Below, in pieces: positions 19,138 to 29,800 of a DNA stretch of 64,000 bases. The stretch is taken from assembly GCA_964432875.1 (NCBI GenBank), contig CAYSPJ010000002.1:54473-118472 (forward strand), read 5' to 3'. Every line of letters begins with the position of its first letter. Position 1 is the stretch's first letter. Made by a program: the position numbers and the translations under genes. Origin of the DNA: an uncultured Phaeodactylibacter sp. Lineage in GTDB: Bacteria; Bacteroidota; Bacteroidia; Chitinophagales; Saprospiraceae. The notes under the pieces were generated by a model, which had not been told where the DNA came from, did no database searches, and worked only from the letters and a program-made list of their open reading frames with translations.

Positions 19138-21606
19138 ATGATTGAACTTCAGAGCAACCCCCAACTCGAGCTCGCTTTTGACTACGTCAGTTATACCAAT
19201 AAGAACATCTTCCTGACGGGCAAAGCCGGCACAGGCAAGACGACCTTTTTGAATACCCTTAAGCACCAGCCGACCAAGCGTATGGCCGTGGTAGCCCCTA
19301 CTGGAGTGGCGGCAATTAATGCCGGCGGCATGACCATCCACTCCTTTTTCCAGTTGCCCTTTGGCCCCTTCTTGCCAGGGAGTGCACAGGATGCCAGCCG
19401 ACAGCGCCGCTTCAACCGCGAAAAAATCCGCCTGATCAAGAGCCTTGACCTGCTAGTCATTGATGAAATCAGTATGGTGCGTGCTGACTTGCTGGATGCC
19501 ATCGATGACGTGCTGCGGCGCTACCGGCGCAATCCGGCGCCTTTTGGCGGACTGCAGTTGCTCATGATCGGCGACCTGCACCAGCTGCCCCCCGTTGTGA
19601 AGGATGATGAGTGGGATATGCTGCGGCCCTACTACCAAACGCCTTACTTTTTTGGCAGCCGTGCCTTGCAGCAGACCCAGCCTGTCGCCATCGAGCTGAA
19701 ACACATCTACCGCCAGTCAGACCAGACCTTCATCGAGCTGCTGAATAAAGTGCGCGACAACCAACTTGACGAGGAAGTGTTGGAATCTTTGAATAGCCGC
19801 TTTATCCCCAGCTTCCAACCGCCGCCTGAGCAGCCCTACATCACGCTGTCTTCCCACAACGCCTCGGCCAGGTCTATCAATGCCCAGAAACTAGCTGCCC
19901 TGCCTGGAGCTTTGCTTAGCTACAAGGCTTCTATCAAAGGGGACTTCCCGGCTCACGCCTACCCTACCGACGAAGTACTGGAGTGCAAAGTCGGCGCTCA
20001 GGTCATGTTCGTCAAAAATGACCCCTCGCGCGAAAAGCTGTTTTACAATGGTAAAATCGGCAAAATAACGCGGGTGAAAGAAGCGTCCATCTACGTTAAA
20101 TGCCCGGATGATTTTGAAGAGATTGAAGTTGTGCAGGCAGAATGGAACAATGTAAAATACACCCTGAATGAACAGACCAAGGAGGTCGAGGAAGAGATCA
20201 TCGGCACCTTTACCCAATATCCGCTCAAGCTGGCCTGGGCCATCACCATCCATAAAAGCCAGGGCCTGACCTTTGAGCGGGCCATCATCGATGCCCAGGC
20301 AGCCTTTGCCCATGGGCAAGTCTATGTAGCCCTTAGCCGCTGTAAGAGCTTTGAGGGCATCGTGCTGTGTTCCCGTATCACGCTCTCCAGCGTCAAAACC
20401 GACTCGACCGTGCGCAGCTATACCGAAGCTGCCGAGCGCAATGCGCCTGATGAAAACCACTTGCGCCATTCCAAGATCAATTATCAGCGCGATTTGATTT
20501 ATGATTTGTTTGGCTTCAAAGCGCTGAAGCGGGCTTTTGAGCGGATGAACCGGGTATTCCTGGAGCACGAAAACGCCCTCTTGCAAGGCAGCTTCCAGCA
20601 GTTTAAAACGCTGGCGGTGGATACAGAAACCCAGCTCTTTACCGTGGCCGGGAAATTTCAGGGGCAGTTGCAGCATCACCTTCTTCAGCCTGGCCTGCCG
20701 GAAGAGAACGAGGCGCTCCAGGAGCGCATCCGCAAGGCCTGCGCCTGGTTTGTCGACAAGCTTGAGCAAACCTTGCTACCTGCAGCCCAAGCCATCCCCA
20801 TCGTGACCGACAATAAAGCCATCCGTAAAACGGCGATGGAGGCACTAGAAAGCTTGCAGCAAGAGCTCTTCATCAGCAAAGCCTGCCTGCGGGCTGCCCA
20901 ACCGGGCTTTTCCACTCATAAACACCTGCGCGCTAAAGCCGATGCAGAAATAGATTTCAAAGCAACCCCCGGTGCGGCTACTTTGGCAAAGGCATTCGAC
21001 ACAGTACCCAAAGGCACAGCCCATCCGGAGCTCTACAGCCAATTGCAAACATGGCGCGACGATACAGCAGAGATGGAAGGCGTACCAGCTTATCAGGTGC
21101 TGCCGACCAAATCACTGCTCGAGCTGGCCGAGCTGCTGCCCGCTAACCTGCCCGCTCTCAAAAAGATTCATGGCCTGGGCCCCGCTAAAACCAAGCGCTA
21201 TGGCCCGGAAATACTGGAAATCATCCAGGCGTATTGCATCTCCAAAGGCATCGAATCCACTCAATTGGCCTTAGCCCCGGCAAAGGCCAAACCGCCGAAG
21301 AAAGAGGACACTAAAAAAGTCAGTTTTGAGCTTTTTAAAGCCGGAAAAAACCTCGATGAGATCGCCCAGGAGCGCGGCTTCGTGCGTACTACTATCGAGG
21401 GGCACCTGGCTCACTACGTCGCTTTAGGCGAGTTAGATGTCTTCCAGGTGCTGGATGAGGATAAGATCAGGGCTATCATGGATTTCTTTATTGAAAATGC
21501 GACCAACTCCACCGCCGAAGCAAAAGCCGCGCTCGGTGAAGATTTCTCCTATGGCGAGATCAAAATGGTGCTGAAGTTTATGGAGCGCAATGCGGAGGAT
21601 ATTTGA
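19138..21606 (+). CDS. Pif1/RecD-family SF1 helicase with C-terminal HRDC and HTH domains
   Basis: Walker A GKAGTGKTT, Walker B LLVIDEISMV, MIGDLHQLPPV, and ITIHKSQGLTFERAIID...VALSRC. The HRDC-like part is LQTWRDDTAEMEGVPAYQVLPTKSLLELAE...IHGLGPAK, and the terminal HTH-like part is LDEIAQERGFVRTTIEGHL. Confidence 0.85.
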   Translation: MIELQSNPQLELAFDYVSYTNKNIFLTGKAGTGKTTFLNTLKHQPTKRMAVVAPTGVAAINAGGMTIHSFFQLPFGPFLPGSAQDASRQRRFNREKIRLIKSLDLLVIDEISMVRADLLDAIDDVLRRYRRNPAPFGGLQLLMIGDLHQLPPVVKDDEWDMLRPYYQTPYFFGSRALQQTQPVAIELKHIYRQSDQTFIELLNKVRDNQLDEEVLESLNSRFIPSFQPPPEQPYITLSSHNASARSINAQKLAALPGALLSYKASIKGDFPAHAYPTDEVLECKVGAQVMFVKNDPSREKLFYNGKIGKITRVKEASIYVKCPDDFEEIEVVQAEWNNVKYTLNEQTKEVEEEIIGTFTQYPLKLAWAITIHKSQGLTFERAIIDAQAAFAHGQVYVALSRCKSFEGIVLCSRITLSSVKTDSTVRSYTEAAERNAPDENHLRHSKINYQRDLIYDLFGFKALKRAFERMNRVFLEHENALLQGSFQQFKTLAVDTETQLFTVAGKFQGQLQHHLLQPGLPEENEALQERIRKACAWFVDKLEQTLLPAAQAIPIVTDNKAIRKTAMEALESLQQELFISKACLRAAQPGFSTHKHLRAKADAEIDFKATPGAATLAKAFDTVPKGTAHPELYSQLQTWRDDTAEMEGVPAYQVLPTKSLLELAELLPANLPALKKIHGLGPAKTKRYGPEILEIIQAYCISKGIESTQLALAPAKAKPPKKEDTKKVSFELFKAGKNLDEIAQERGFVRTTIEGHLAHYVALGELDVFQVLDEDKIRAIMDFFIENATNSTAEAKAALGEDFSYGEIKMVLKFMERNAEDI

Positions 21607-21639
21607 GCCCTCTGGGAATCTGAGGAAAAATGGGGCCTA

Positions 21640-23598
21640 CTATAAGACTACCGTGCCCATTTCCTCCGCCAATTGATTGCGGATAGTTTTGAGCTTCTGA
21701 TCGAGCCTCAGGTAGGTGAGGTAATCATCTGATTTTTGCTGGAAAAGCGTTTTGATCTGCTCAGCGTTTTTGCGGATCATCTTGTCCAGCTTGCGGAGCT
21801 TGAAGCGCTTTAGAGACTGAATACTGTCATTGACGAAATTCTCGTCGGGCATCTTTTGAGTCGTCAGGAAGATATCCCATCGCTTTTCCCAGTTTTCGCT
21901 GTATTCGTAAGGGCTACTGGACAAGTTGGCAGCCAACTGACGGATATCCTCATCAGCGTGGCGCAGGAAGAAGGCCGCCTGCACCGCCCCCCCTTCTAAA
22001 AGGCGTTCATGAGCCAGGTGGACAATACGCTCGTAGAGCTTATTATCAAAATCGTTCATCACATCCTCGATGTTGCTGAGGACGTACTGGGCTACAGTGA
22101 GGTTTTCTTCCGGGTCGAAAATGTACTCCCCACCGAGGATGAGGATGCGGGCGATATCTCTTTCCTGGAAGGCGTCGCCGCTGCTCACTGGTTTTTCAGC
22201 CGGCTTCAGTTGAGGTGGGGCAGGCCGGATGCCGGGCGGCAAGTCCATGGGCGGGCCAGATTCCTGGAACTGGGCACGGTCTTTTTCCTGCTGCTGCCGT
22301 TTGAAATGCTGAGCCACCAATTTATTAGCTTCGTTGACCAGCAGCTGCTCCTCCACCTCCATGATGCGGGCGCATTCCCGCACGTAGAGCGAGCGCTTGA
22401 TCGGATCCGGGATTTTGGCGATGCTCTCCACGATATCCCGGATCAGGTGGGTTTTCTTCACCGGGTCGCCGGCTGCTTCGCCCAACAACAGGCTGGCCTG
22501 AAACATGATGAAGTCCTTCGCCTCCTGTTCGATATAGGTGCGGAAGGCCTCCGTGCCTACCTTTTTAAGATAAGAGTCAGGGTCTTCTCCTTCTGGCAAA
22601 ACGACGATTTTGACATTCAGCCCCTGCTCCAACACCAGCCCCACTCCTCGCAGAGCCGCTTTAATGCCGGCCATATCGCCATCGTAGAGTATTTTGACGT
22701 TTTCCGTGTTGCGGCGGATGAGTTGGATCTGCCCTACGGTAAGCGAGGTGCCAGAGGAAGCTACGACATTTTCAATGCCTGCCTGGTGGAGCGACAATAC
22801 ATCGGTATAGCCCTCTACCAGGATGCACTCATCGTGTTTGCGGATGGCGATTTTGGCAAAAAAAGCCCCGTAGAGCACCTGGCTCTTATTGTAAATCTCC
22901 GTCTCGGGGGTATTGATATACTTGGGGGCTTTAACATCCTTGACCAGGATGCGGCCGCCAAAACCAATGACTTTGCCCGACAAGTTATGGATGGGGAACA
23001 TGACGCGGTTGCGGAAAAAATCGCGGCCGTATTGAGACATCAGCCCCAGCTTCTTCATCAGTTCCGGGTTGTAGCCGTCGTGGGTAGCTTTGAGCACAAA
23101 GGCATCCATTTTATCAGGGGCGAAGCCCAGGCCAAATTTGCGGATGGTTTCTTCGCGGAAGCCACGTTCTTTGAAGTAGCTCAATCCCACGCTTTTGCCC
23201 AAATCCGTATTGAAGAGCTGGTCTTGGTAGAAGTCCTTGGCATATTCATTGACGATGTAAAGGCTATCGTGGTACTGCTGCTCTTGCCGGGCTTCGGGCG
23301 AGAGTTCGATTTCATCAATTTGGATGCCGTATTTTTTGGCCAGATAACGCAGCGCTTCGGGGAAGGTGAGGTTTTCGTGCTCCATCACGAAGTTGACGGC
23401 ATCGCCAGCCTTGCCGCAGCCAAAGCATTTGTAGATGCCTTTGGATGGGGATACGTTGAAGGAGGGCGTCTTTTCGTTGTGGAAAGGGCAGAGCCCAATC
23501 AGGCTTACCCCTCTGCGCTTAAGGCTGACGAAATCTTGCACCACATCTTCGATGCGGGCTATTTCCAGTATTTCTTCTACGCTCTTTTTCTTGATCAT
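21640..23598 (-). CDS. dnaG: DNA primase
   Basis: Zinc ribbon CPFHNEKTPSFNVSPSKGIYKCFGCG, RNA-polymerase core, and TOPRIM LVEGYTDVLSLHQAG...DGDMAG. The start is at the ATG at 23598 (MIKKKSVEEIL). Confidence 0.92.
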   Translation of the reverse strand: MIKKKSVEEILEIARIEDVVQDFVSLKRRGVSLIGLCPFHNEKTPSFNVSPSKGIYKCFGCGKAGDAVNFVMEHENLTFPEALRYLAKKYGIQIDEIELSPEARQEQQYHDSLYIVNEYAKDFYQDQLFNTDLGKSVGLSYFKERGFREETIRKFGLGFAPDKMDAFVLKATHDGYNPELMKKLGLMSQYGRDFFRNRVMFPIHNLSGKVIGFGGRILVKDVKAPKYINTPETEIYNKSQVLYGAFFAKIAIRKHDECILVEGYTDVLSLHQAGIENVVASSGTSLTVGQIQLIRRNTENVKILYDGDMAGIKAALRGVGLVLEQGLNVKIVVLPEGEDPDSYLKKVGTEAFRTYIEQEAKDFIMFQASLLLGEAAGDPVKKTHLIRDIVESIAKIPDPIKRSLYVRECARIMEVEEQLLVNEANKLVAQHFKRQQQEKDRAQFQESGPPMDLPPGIRPAPPQLKPAEKPVSSGDAFQERDIARILILGGEYIFDPEENLTVAQYVLSNIEDVMNDFDNKLYERIVHLAHERLLEGGAVQAAFFLRHADEDIRQLAANLSSSPYEYSENWEKRWDIFLTTQKMPDENFVNDSIQSLKRFKLRKLDKMIRKNAEQIKTLFQQKSDDYLTYLRLDQKLKTIRNQLAEEMGTVVL

Positions 23599-23716
23599 CG
23601 CATCTGGCCGGTTAAATTGCGCATACAAGATAGGGGGTTTTTCTATACCGAAGCAAGCATTTCGAGCAATTAACCACGCACTAACCCGAAAAAAAGCTTG
23701 AAGCGCGATGAAGACA

Positions 23717-24679
23717 TCACTTCAACTCCCCTGGCTTGACGATAAAAAACTTAGCCGACTTGGGCGTAAACTGCAAATTGCTCACAAAGTCAGGGCTTTT
23801 GGTGATCACGATCGGGACGGTTTTAGCAGCTGTTTTGGTAGATACCCCTTTGAGGTCCACCTCAGCAGAAAAGTCGCGGAAGGAGATAGAATCATATCGG
23901 CTCAGCCCGAGCTTACAGCTTACGGTAATCTTGTCGGGGAAGATGAGCAAGCTGTCGGGGGCATTTTTGACGATTAAAGGGACGAACATCGTCTTTTCCG
24001 TGAAGGGCTCTACCTCGATATGGGCTGCTATTTCTTTGACGGAGAGGCTGATTTCCTTAGGAGGGGGCATCAGTTTTAAATTGGCCGTGAAGCTGGAGCG
24101 CAGCTTTTCCAGCTTGATTGAATCAGCCGGCCATTCCACCAGGTTTTCAATCAAGGATTTGGGGCCGCTGACCAATACGGAGTCTGGTGCCAGGCGGATG
24201 GGGCTTTTCAGGTGATAATCTGCCTCGAACGACAACTGTTTGCCGACTATGATGGGCAAGGTTTTGACCGCCCGCTCTTCCAAAACGAGCAGGACATTGT
24301 CGTAGTTCAATTCCTGTACCTTGATATCGTTGGCGCGCAGGGTTTGTGCAATATCGCTGCGCAGTTGACTGCGGCTAAGGTTGAGCTGCTGGGTATTGCT
24401 CAGGTCATAGGCCAGTATCGCTTTGCGCTGCGAAAAGAAATCGAAGAGCAGCTCCCAGCCAGAGGCTTCTATCTCTGCCAACATGTCTTCGGGCGGCAAA
24501 GCTGTCAGCGCTTGGCCTTCGGGGATATTCAATTCAAAAACGACTGGTTTGTCGCTTTTATAGGTTTGAGAAAGTTTGACCAAGAGCCAAAAGACAAAGG
24601 CTATCCCCATGCAGAGCATGAGGATAGCTCGGTCTCCCTCTATCCGGATACGGAAAATCTTACTGCTTCTCTTTATCAT
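23717..24679 (-). CDS. YbbR-like (CdaR-like) domain protein
   Basis: An N-terminal TM segment, then repeated beta-rich modules. It sits immediately after yajC, as in many Bacteroidota. Its start overlaps the yajC 3' end by 20 nt. Confidence 0.6.
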   Translation of the reverse strand: MIKRSSKIFRIRIEGDRAILMLCMGIAFVFWLLVKLSQTYKSDKPVVFELNIPEGQALTALPPEDMLAEIEASGWELLFDFFSQRKAILAYDLSNTQQLNLSRSQLRSDIAQTLRANDIKVQELNYDNVLLVLEERAVKTLPIIVGKQLSFEADYHLKSPIRLAPDSVLVSGPKSLIENLVEWPADSIKLEKLRSSFTANLKLMPPPKEISLSVKEIAAHIEVEPFTEKTMFVPLIVKNAPDSLLIFPDKITVSCKLGLSRYDSISFRDFSAEVDLKGVSTKTAAKTVPIVITKSPDFVSNLQFTPKSAKFFIVKPGELK

Positions 24680-24989
24680 CAGCAGTAATAAATGATTCCG
24701 TCATTTCTTTGGAAATAGAGCTGCGGGTCACTCTAATGAAGGTCGTCTTAGCCACTTCAAGCGTAACGATTTCGCCTTCGATTTTGTTGATGCGGCCAAT
24801 CATGCCACTGGCCGTGACGACCTCCTCACCTTTTTGCAGGCTGTCCATGAATTTCTTCTGCTCGCCCTGCCGCTTCTGTTGCGGGCGGATCAGGAAGAGC
24901 CAGAAAATGAGGATCATCGCGCCGATGAAGATGAAGTTGTAGTAGGCGCCACCTTGCGCCTGCAATAGTAAGGTATTCATTGAATTCAT
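24660..24989 (-). CDS. yajC: Preprotein translocase subunit YajC
   Basis: A TM segment, then LIRPQQKRQGEQKKFMDSLQKGEEVVTASGMIGRI..IEG. The start was moved to the ATG at 24989. Confidence 0.85.
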   Translation of the reverse strand: MNSMNTLLLQAQGGAYYNFIFIGAMILIFWLFLIRPQQKRQGEQKKFMDSLQKGEEVVTASGMIGRINKIEGEIVTLEVAKTTFIRVTRSSISKEMTESFITADDKEKQ

Positions 24990-25058
24990 TTTAATGTGAT
25001 AATCTTTTCGTTTTGTTGGCAATAGATCAGAGCAAGTACCCAAGGGCTTCCCCCCTTT

Positions 25059-25580
25059 CTATTCACCCGAACCGCCATCAGTGCCACCCGGTTTGGGGTG
25101 GACGAAGCCCGTCAGGTAAACGCGGGTAGTAGCTGGGTACGTATTGGCGGTAATAGTGATGGGCTTCGACTGTTTATTGGGCTTGTTTTCGGTGTCAAAA
25201 CGCACGCTGATCAGGCCGGTGCCGCCCGGCGGGATCGGCTCCTTGGGCCATTCCGGTACCGTACAGCCACAGGTCGAGCGGGCATTATTGATAATCATAG
25301 CTGCGTTGCCCGTATTGGTAAAGGCGAAAGCATGCTCTACGATTTCGCCTTCATTGACCTCGCCGAAGTTGTAAGTATCTTCTTGAAAGGAGATTTTAGC
25401 GACATTATTGGTATCCAGCGGCTCATTGGCCGTCACGGGGCTGCGGATGATATCGGCGCTACTGATTTCGCCCTGGCTCTTAATTTCTTCTACAGACTTC
25501 TCGGAGACCGCCTCTGGCTGGCCGCCGCTGCAACTCCAGGCCAACAGGCCAATTGCTAAAAGTAAGGATAAGCTCTTCAT
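25059..25580 (-). CDS. DUF1573 domain lipoprotein
   Basis: Signal/lipobox MKSLSLLLAIGLLAWSC. The DUF1573 core is YNFGEVNEGEIVEHAFAFTNTG...STCGCTVPEWPKEPIPPG. Confidence 0.8.
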   Translation of the reverse strand: MKSLSLLLAIGLLAWSCSGGQPEAVSEKSVEEIKSQGEISSADIIRSPVTANEPLDTNNVAKISFQEDTYNFGEVNEGEIVEHAFAFTNTGNAAMIINNARSTCGCTVPEWPKEPIPPGGTGLISVRFDTENKPNKQSKPITITANTYPATTRVYLTGFVHPKPGGTDGGSGE

Positions 25581-25663
25581 AATGAACACTGTTTTTTTGC
25601 GTGACAAAAGTACAAAAAAATATGCTAACTTCGCCTGTCTTTGACCAGGATTAAGAAGCAATC

Positions 25664-26194
25664 ATGCGCATCTATCTCATCGGTTTCATGGGCAGCGGCA
25701 AATCGCATACCGGGCGGCGGCTGGCTGCCTTGCTGCAATATCCCTTTATCGAGCTGGATCAATGGATAGAAGAAGCAGCCAGCATGGATATACCAGCTAT
25801 ATTTGCCAACAAGGGCGAGGCCTGGTTTCGGGAGCAGGAGCAACAGGCGTTATGGCGCACTGCTTCCTATGCCCAGGCAGTCATTTCCTGCGGCGGCGGC
25901 ACGCCTTGTTTTTTCAACAATATGGAATGGATGAATCAGCAAGGGCTGACCGTTTATCTGCACACTCCGGCCGACATCCTCCTGAGTCGCTTGCGCCAGG
26001 AAACAGCCCAGCGCCCGCTGCTTGCCGGACAGGGGGAGCAAGCCTTGCAAGTTTTAATCGAAAAAAAACTGGCCGAACGAGAAGGATATTACCAGCAAGC
26101 CAGTGTCATCTACTCCCAAAAGACTGGAGAGGAGGATATCGCCAGGGAGTTGTGCCGATATTTAGGGGGAGCTAACCTATTGCATGGCGTATGA
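25664..26194 (+). CDS. aroK: Shikimate kinase
   Basis: IYLIGFMGSGKSHTGRRLA P-loop, GGGTP, 176 aa. Confidence 0.88.
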   Translation: MRIYLIGFMGSGKSHTGRRLAALLQYPFIELDQWIEEAASMDIPAIFANKGEAWFREQEQQALWRTASYAQAVISCGGGTPCFFNNMEWMNQQGLTVYLHTPADILLSRLRQETAQRPLLAGQGEQALQVLIEKKLAEREGYYQQASVIYSQKTGEEDIARELCRYLGGANLLHGV

Positions 26195-26805
26195 AATCTG
26201 AGCAAGCGTTTAATGAAGCCGTAAAAATAGCCGGCATAGACTACGGCAGCAAACTGGCAGGCACTACAGCCATCGCCGCATTGGAGCCTGGGGGGCTCAG
26301 CTTCTGGCAAAGCAAGCCGAAACAAGATGCCGACCGCTTTATCCTGGAATGGGCAGCGGAATTTAGGCCGGAGCGGGCTTTTTTGGATGCCCCGTTAAGC
26401 CTGCCGGGCATATACCGCTATCCAGAACAGTACCAAGACCACTTTTACCGCCAGGGCGACCAGGCGCTGCGGGCCATGTCGCCCATGTTTTTAGGAGGCC
26501 TGACCGCGCGAGCCATGCGGTTGAAAAACCAGTTGGAAAGCATGGGGGTCGAGGTCCTCGAAGTCTATCCCGCCCATCTGGCCAAATTAATGAGCCTGGA
26601 TGTGCTGCAATACAAAAAGGGCCTGCCTCAGATTGCTGCCATCCTACCGATATTATCTGCACAGCTGCCGGGGCAGCCCCAAGTACCTCCCCTACCCTCC
26701 TGGCATCAAGTAGATGCCCTTCTGGCGTTGATTTCTGGCATTCGCTATCTCAAAGGGGAGCACCAGGCTTTTGGTGATCCACAAGAAGGCCTCATTATCG
26801 TGTAA
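26191..26805 (+). CDS. DUF429-like (predicted RNase H-fold) protein
   Basis: IAGIDYGSKLAGTTAIA, FLDAPLSLPG, EVYPAHL and HQVDALLALISG follow the DUF429 pattern. Its ATG overlaps the aroK TGA (ATGA at 26191-26194). Confidence 0.5.
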   Translation: MKSEQAFNEAVKIAGIDYGSKLAGTTAIAALEPGGLSFWQSKPKQDADRFILEWAAEFRPERAFLDAPLSLPGIYRYPEQYQDHFYRQGDQALRAMSPMFLGGLTARAMRLKNQLESMGVEVLEVYPAHLAKLMSLDVLQYKKGLPQIAAILPILSAQLPGQPQVPPLPSWHQVDALLALISGIRYLKGEHQAFGDPQEGLIIV

Positions 26806-26847
26806 AGAAAAAAAGTTTACCTTTAGGCCCTCGGCAAACAGCAGAAT

Positions 26848-29800
26848 ATGGCATTCAAATTTTCCATCCCCTTCTTTGCATTCCGCTTGCACCTCCATCC
26901 TGGTTTAAGCCTGCTAGCCCCTTTGTCAGACCACCAGGCCTTGCGCATCGGGCAACCGCTGTCGGCCGTTGCAAAGCAGTATGCTGATGCTTTACAGCAG
27001 AAGGTACTGAACACGGGCAACTATCGCGCGGTGCTGGAAGAGTATCGGGAGGGCGATTTCTACCGGAGCGTGCTGGAGGCCAGCTTCCCCGCCGCGCCCG
27101 ACCGCCTCAGCTTTCCGGCTTTCAGCCTGGAATTCGACTACTATTTCAACCGGCAGGAAAAGGGTTATTGGGGGATAGTGCCAGCCCTGAAACTGGAAGC
27201 TTTTGCCGATGACGAGCCACAGCTCGCCGCGCTCTTGAAGGAAGCCGTACAGCTCGATTTTAGCCGGAAGAAACGGCTTCAAGCCGTGCAGGATATCGTG
27301 TCGGCTATTTGGTTTGAAAGCATCGAGCTAAAACAGCACGCCATTGACTTTGAAGCTTATACCCCTGCGGAATTAGAACTGTTGCAGGAGCAGCGCAAAA
27401 GCAATTTGCTGTCGGATGTAGCTACCTTGCTGGTCGTAAAAAGCCCCGCTTGCTATGGGATGGAAAAGGAGCTCGAGCAGTTGGTCAGCACACTTAAGAG
27501 CAAATTTGTGCGGAATGTGTTATTGGTAGGGCCTTCCGGGGTAGGTAAAACGGCATTAGTATGGGAATTGGCCCGGCAACAACGCCGGCGGCGGGTCAAA
27601 GAACAGTTTTGGGAAACGACAGCTTCTACCCTCATCAAAGAGTTGTCGCAAGAGATGGGTTGGCAGGAGAACCTTTCACAGCTCTGCCGGGAAATTAGCG
27701 GCAGCGACAACATCCTCTTCATCCGCAACCTGGCAGAACTATTCGAGGTAGGCATGTATGAAGGGAATTCAATCAGCATGGCTGATTACCTGGGCGCTTT
27801 CCTCAGCCGGGGGGAGATCACGATGATCTCGGAATGTACCGAAGAAGAGCTGGCACGCATCGAGCTGAAAAACCCGCAATACCTTTCCTTTTTCCAACAG
27901 ATCCACCTCAAAGCCCCGGAAGGGCAAGCGCTGGAAGCCATTATTTCACAAAAGGTACAGGATGTGGCACAGCTCCGGCAAACCGAAATCGAAGAAGAGG
28001 CCATCCGCGAAGCCATCCGACTGAGCCGCCGTTTTGAGCCCTACTCCGGCATGCCAGGAAAGCCCATCCGTTTCCTGGAAAGCCTATTGCTGGATAAAAA
28101 GCGTGTTGCGGGCCAGGATGCAGCCTCGATCAAGCTTTCTCGTTCGGAAGTGATCCACCGTTTTTGCCAGCAGACTGGTATCCCCCGTTTTATGGTTGAC
28201 CCCGCTATCCCGATGGACATCACGGCCATCAAAGCCGCTTTTAATAGCCAGTTGTTTGGGCAGGAAGCCGCCGTAGAAAGCGTAGTGGGTTTGTTAGCCG
28301 CCGTTAAAACCGCGCTTACCCGCATCGGTAAGCCGATTGCCTCTCTGCTTTTCCTGGGCCCCACCGGCGTGGGCAAAACCGAATTGGCCAAGGTGCTGGC
28401 GCAATTTATGTTTGGCGGGCGCGACCGCTTGACCCGCTTTGACATGAGCGAGTATTCCAACGCTTACTCCGTGCTCCGCCTCACCGGCGAGGGTTTCTTT
28501 TCGGAAGGCTTGCTCACCTCCGCCGTGCGGCGCGCACCTTTCAGTGTGTTATTATTTGATGAGATTGAGAAAGCCCACCCGCAATTCTTTGATTTGCTGT
28601 TGCAGATACTTGAAGGGCGATTGACCGACAGCCAGGGCAAGCTGGCCAACTTTTGCAGCACTATCATCATCATGACCTCGAATATCGGCGCGCAGAATCT
28701 GGCACAAAACCCCATTGGCTGGAAGCAACAAATATCCGGGCGGGAAGTGCAGCAGCACTTTATTACTGCTGCCGAGGACTATTTCCAGCCAGAGCTGTTC
28801 AACCGGATCGACAAGGTCATCCCTTTTACGCCCCTGGATCAGGATACCGTCCGGTTTGTAGTGGACCGGGAAATTCAATTAATCCGGCAAAGAGAGGGGA
28901 TCCGCTTCCGCCGCATGAACCTCCACATTGAAAACGAAGTGCTGGACTACTTGGGGGAGCAAGGCTATGACCCCCGGTATGGCGCCCGCCATTTGCAGCG
29001 CACCATCCGGGAATACCTGCTGACTCCCCTCTCCAGAGCATTAAATACCCAAGACATCGACGACCAGCTGGAAGTCGAGGTGCGGATGCGTGCCGGGCGG
29101 ATACAAATCGATATCGCCTCTGATCCCTTGGGGCTGGAGCTGCTTTTAGAAGAATATGGCCGGATTCAGCATTCCGACTATGCCAGCCGCCTGCGCCGTA
29201 AAATAGAACAGATCAAGGATGGCCATCTTTATACTCAGCTGATCAACGAACTTGCTTTTTTTGAACAAAAGCGGGCGGCCGCCAAACAACGTTTTTGGGA
29301 TAACTTGCCGGAGGCAAACCGCTACTCCGCTTTTCAGGAATCGAATCAGGAAGCAGAACACTTATACCAACGCATCCAAGACCTGGAGATGGGCTTTGCT
29401 ACTTCCTCTCTGGGCGTCGTGCCTTATAAACCCGCCTGGGAAAACGAGCTGCGCGCCTGGGAAGAGCGGCTCTTCGAATTCAAGCTCCGGCTTTGCTCCC
29501 GGTTGAACCCCGAGAACAATCAGTGTTGCTTGTCGATCTATGGCGCTGAGCCGGAGCCTCTGGTGCAGCTTTATACGAGCCTTTTTCAGGCGAAGGGGTT
29601 TCAATTTGAAGCCTACGGCGTCTGGTTCCGAGAAAGTTATTACAATGAAGAAGTGCTGGAACAAACGGATAAAGGCATCGCCCGGCACAAGCGCAAGCAG
29701 TACATTAAACAGATAATTGACATGGCAACCTGTTTGGCCCCATTCAACCCACCCGAACCTGGTGATGTGCTTTGGGGGGTGGAATTCACCATCAGCAGCC

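Noticed and set aside
22009-23673. A 554-aa plus-strand ORF, the longest unannotated ORF in the window.
   Set aside because: It lies entirely antisense to dnaG, whose translation carries unambiguous primase motifs. The antisense product is low-complexity (rich in Phe, Leu, Asp and His, with no recognisable motif), which is typical of a shadow ORF.
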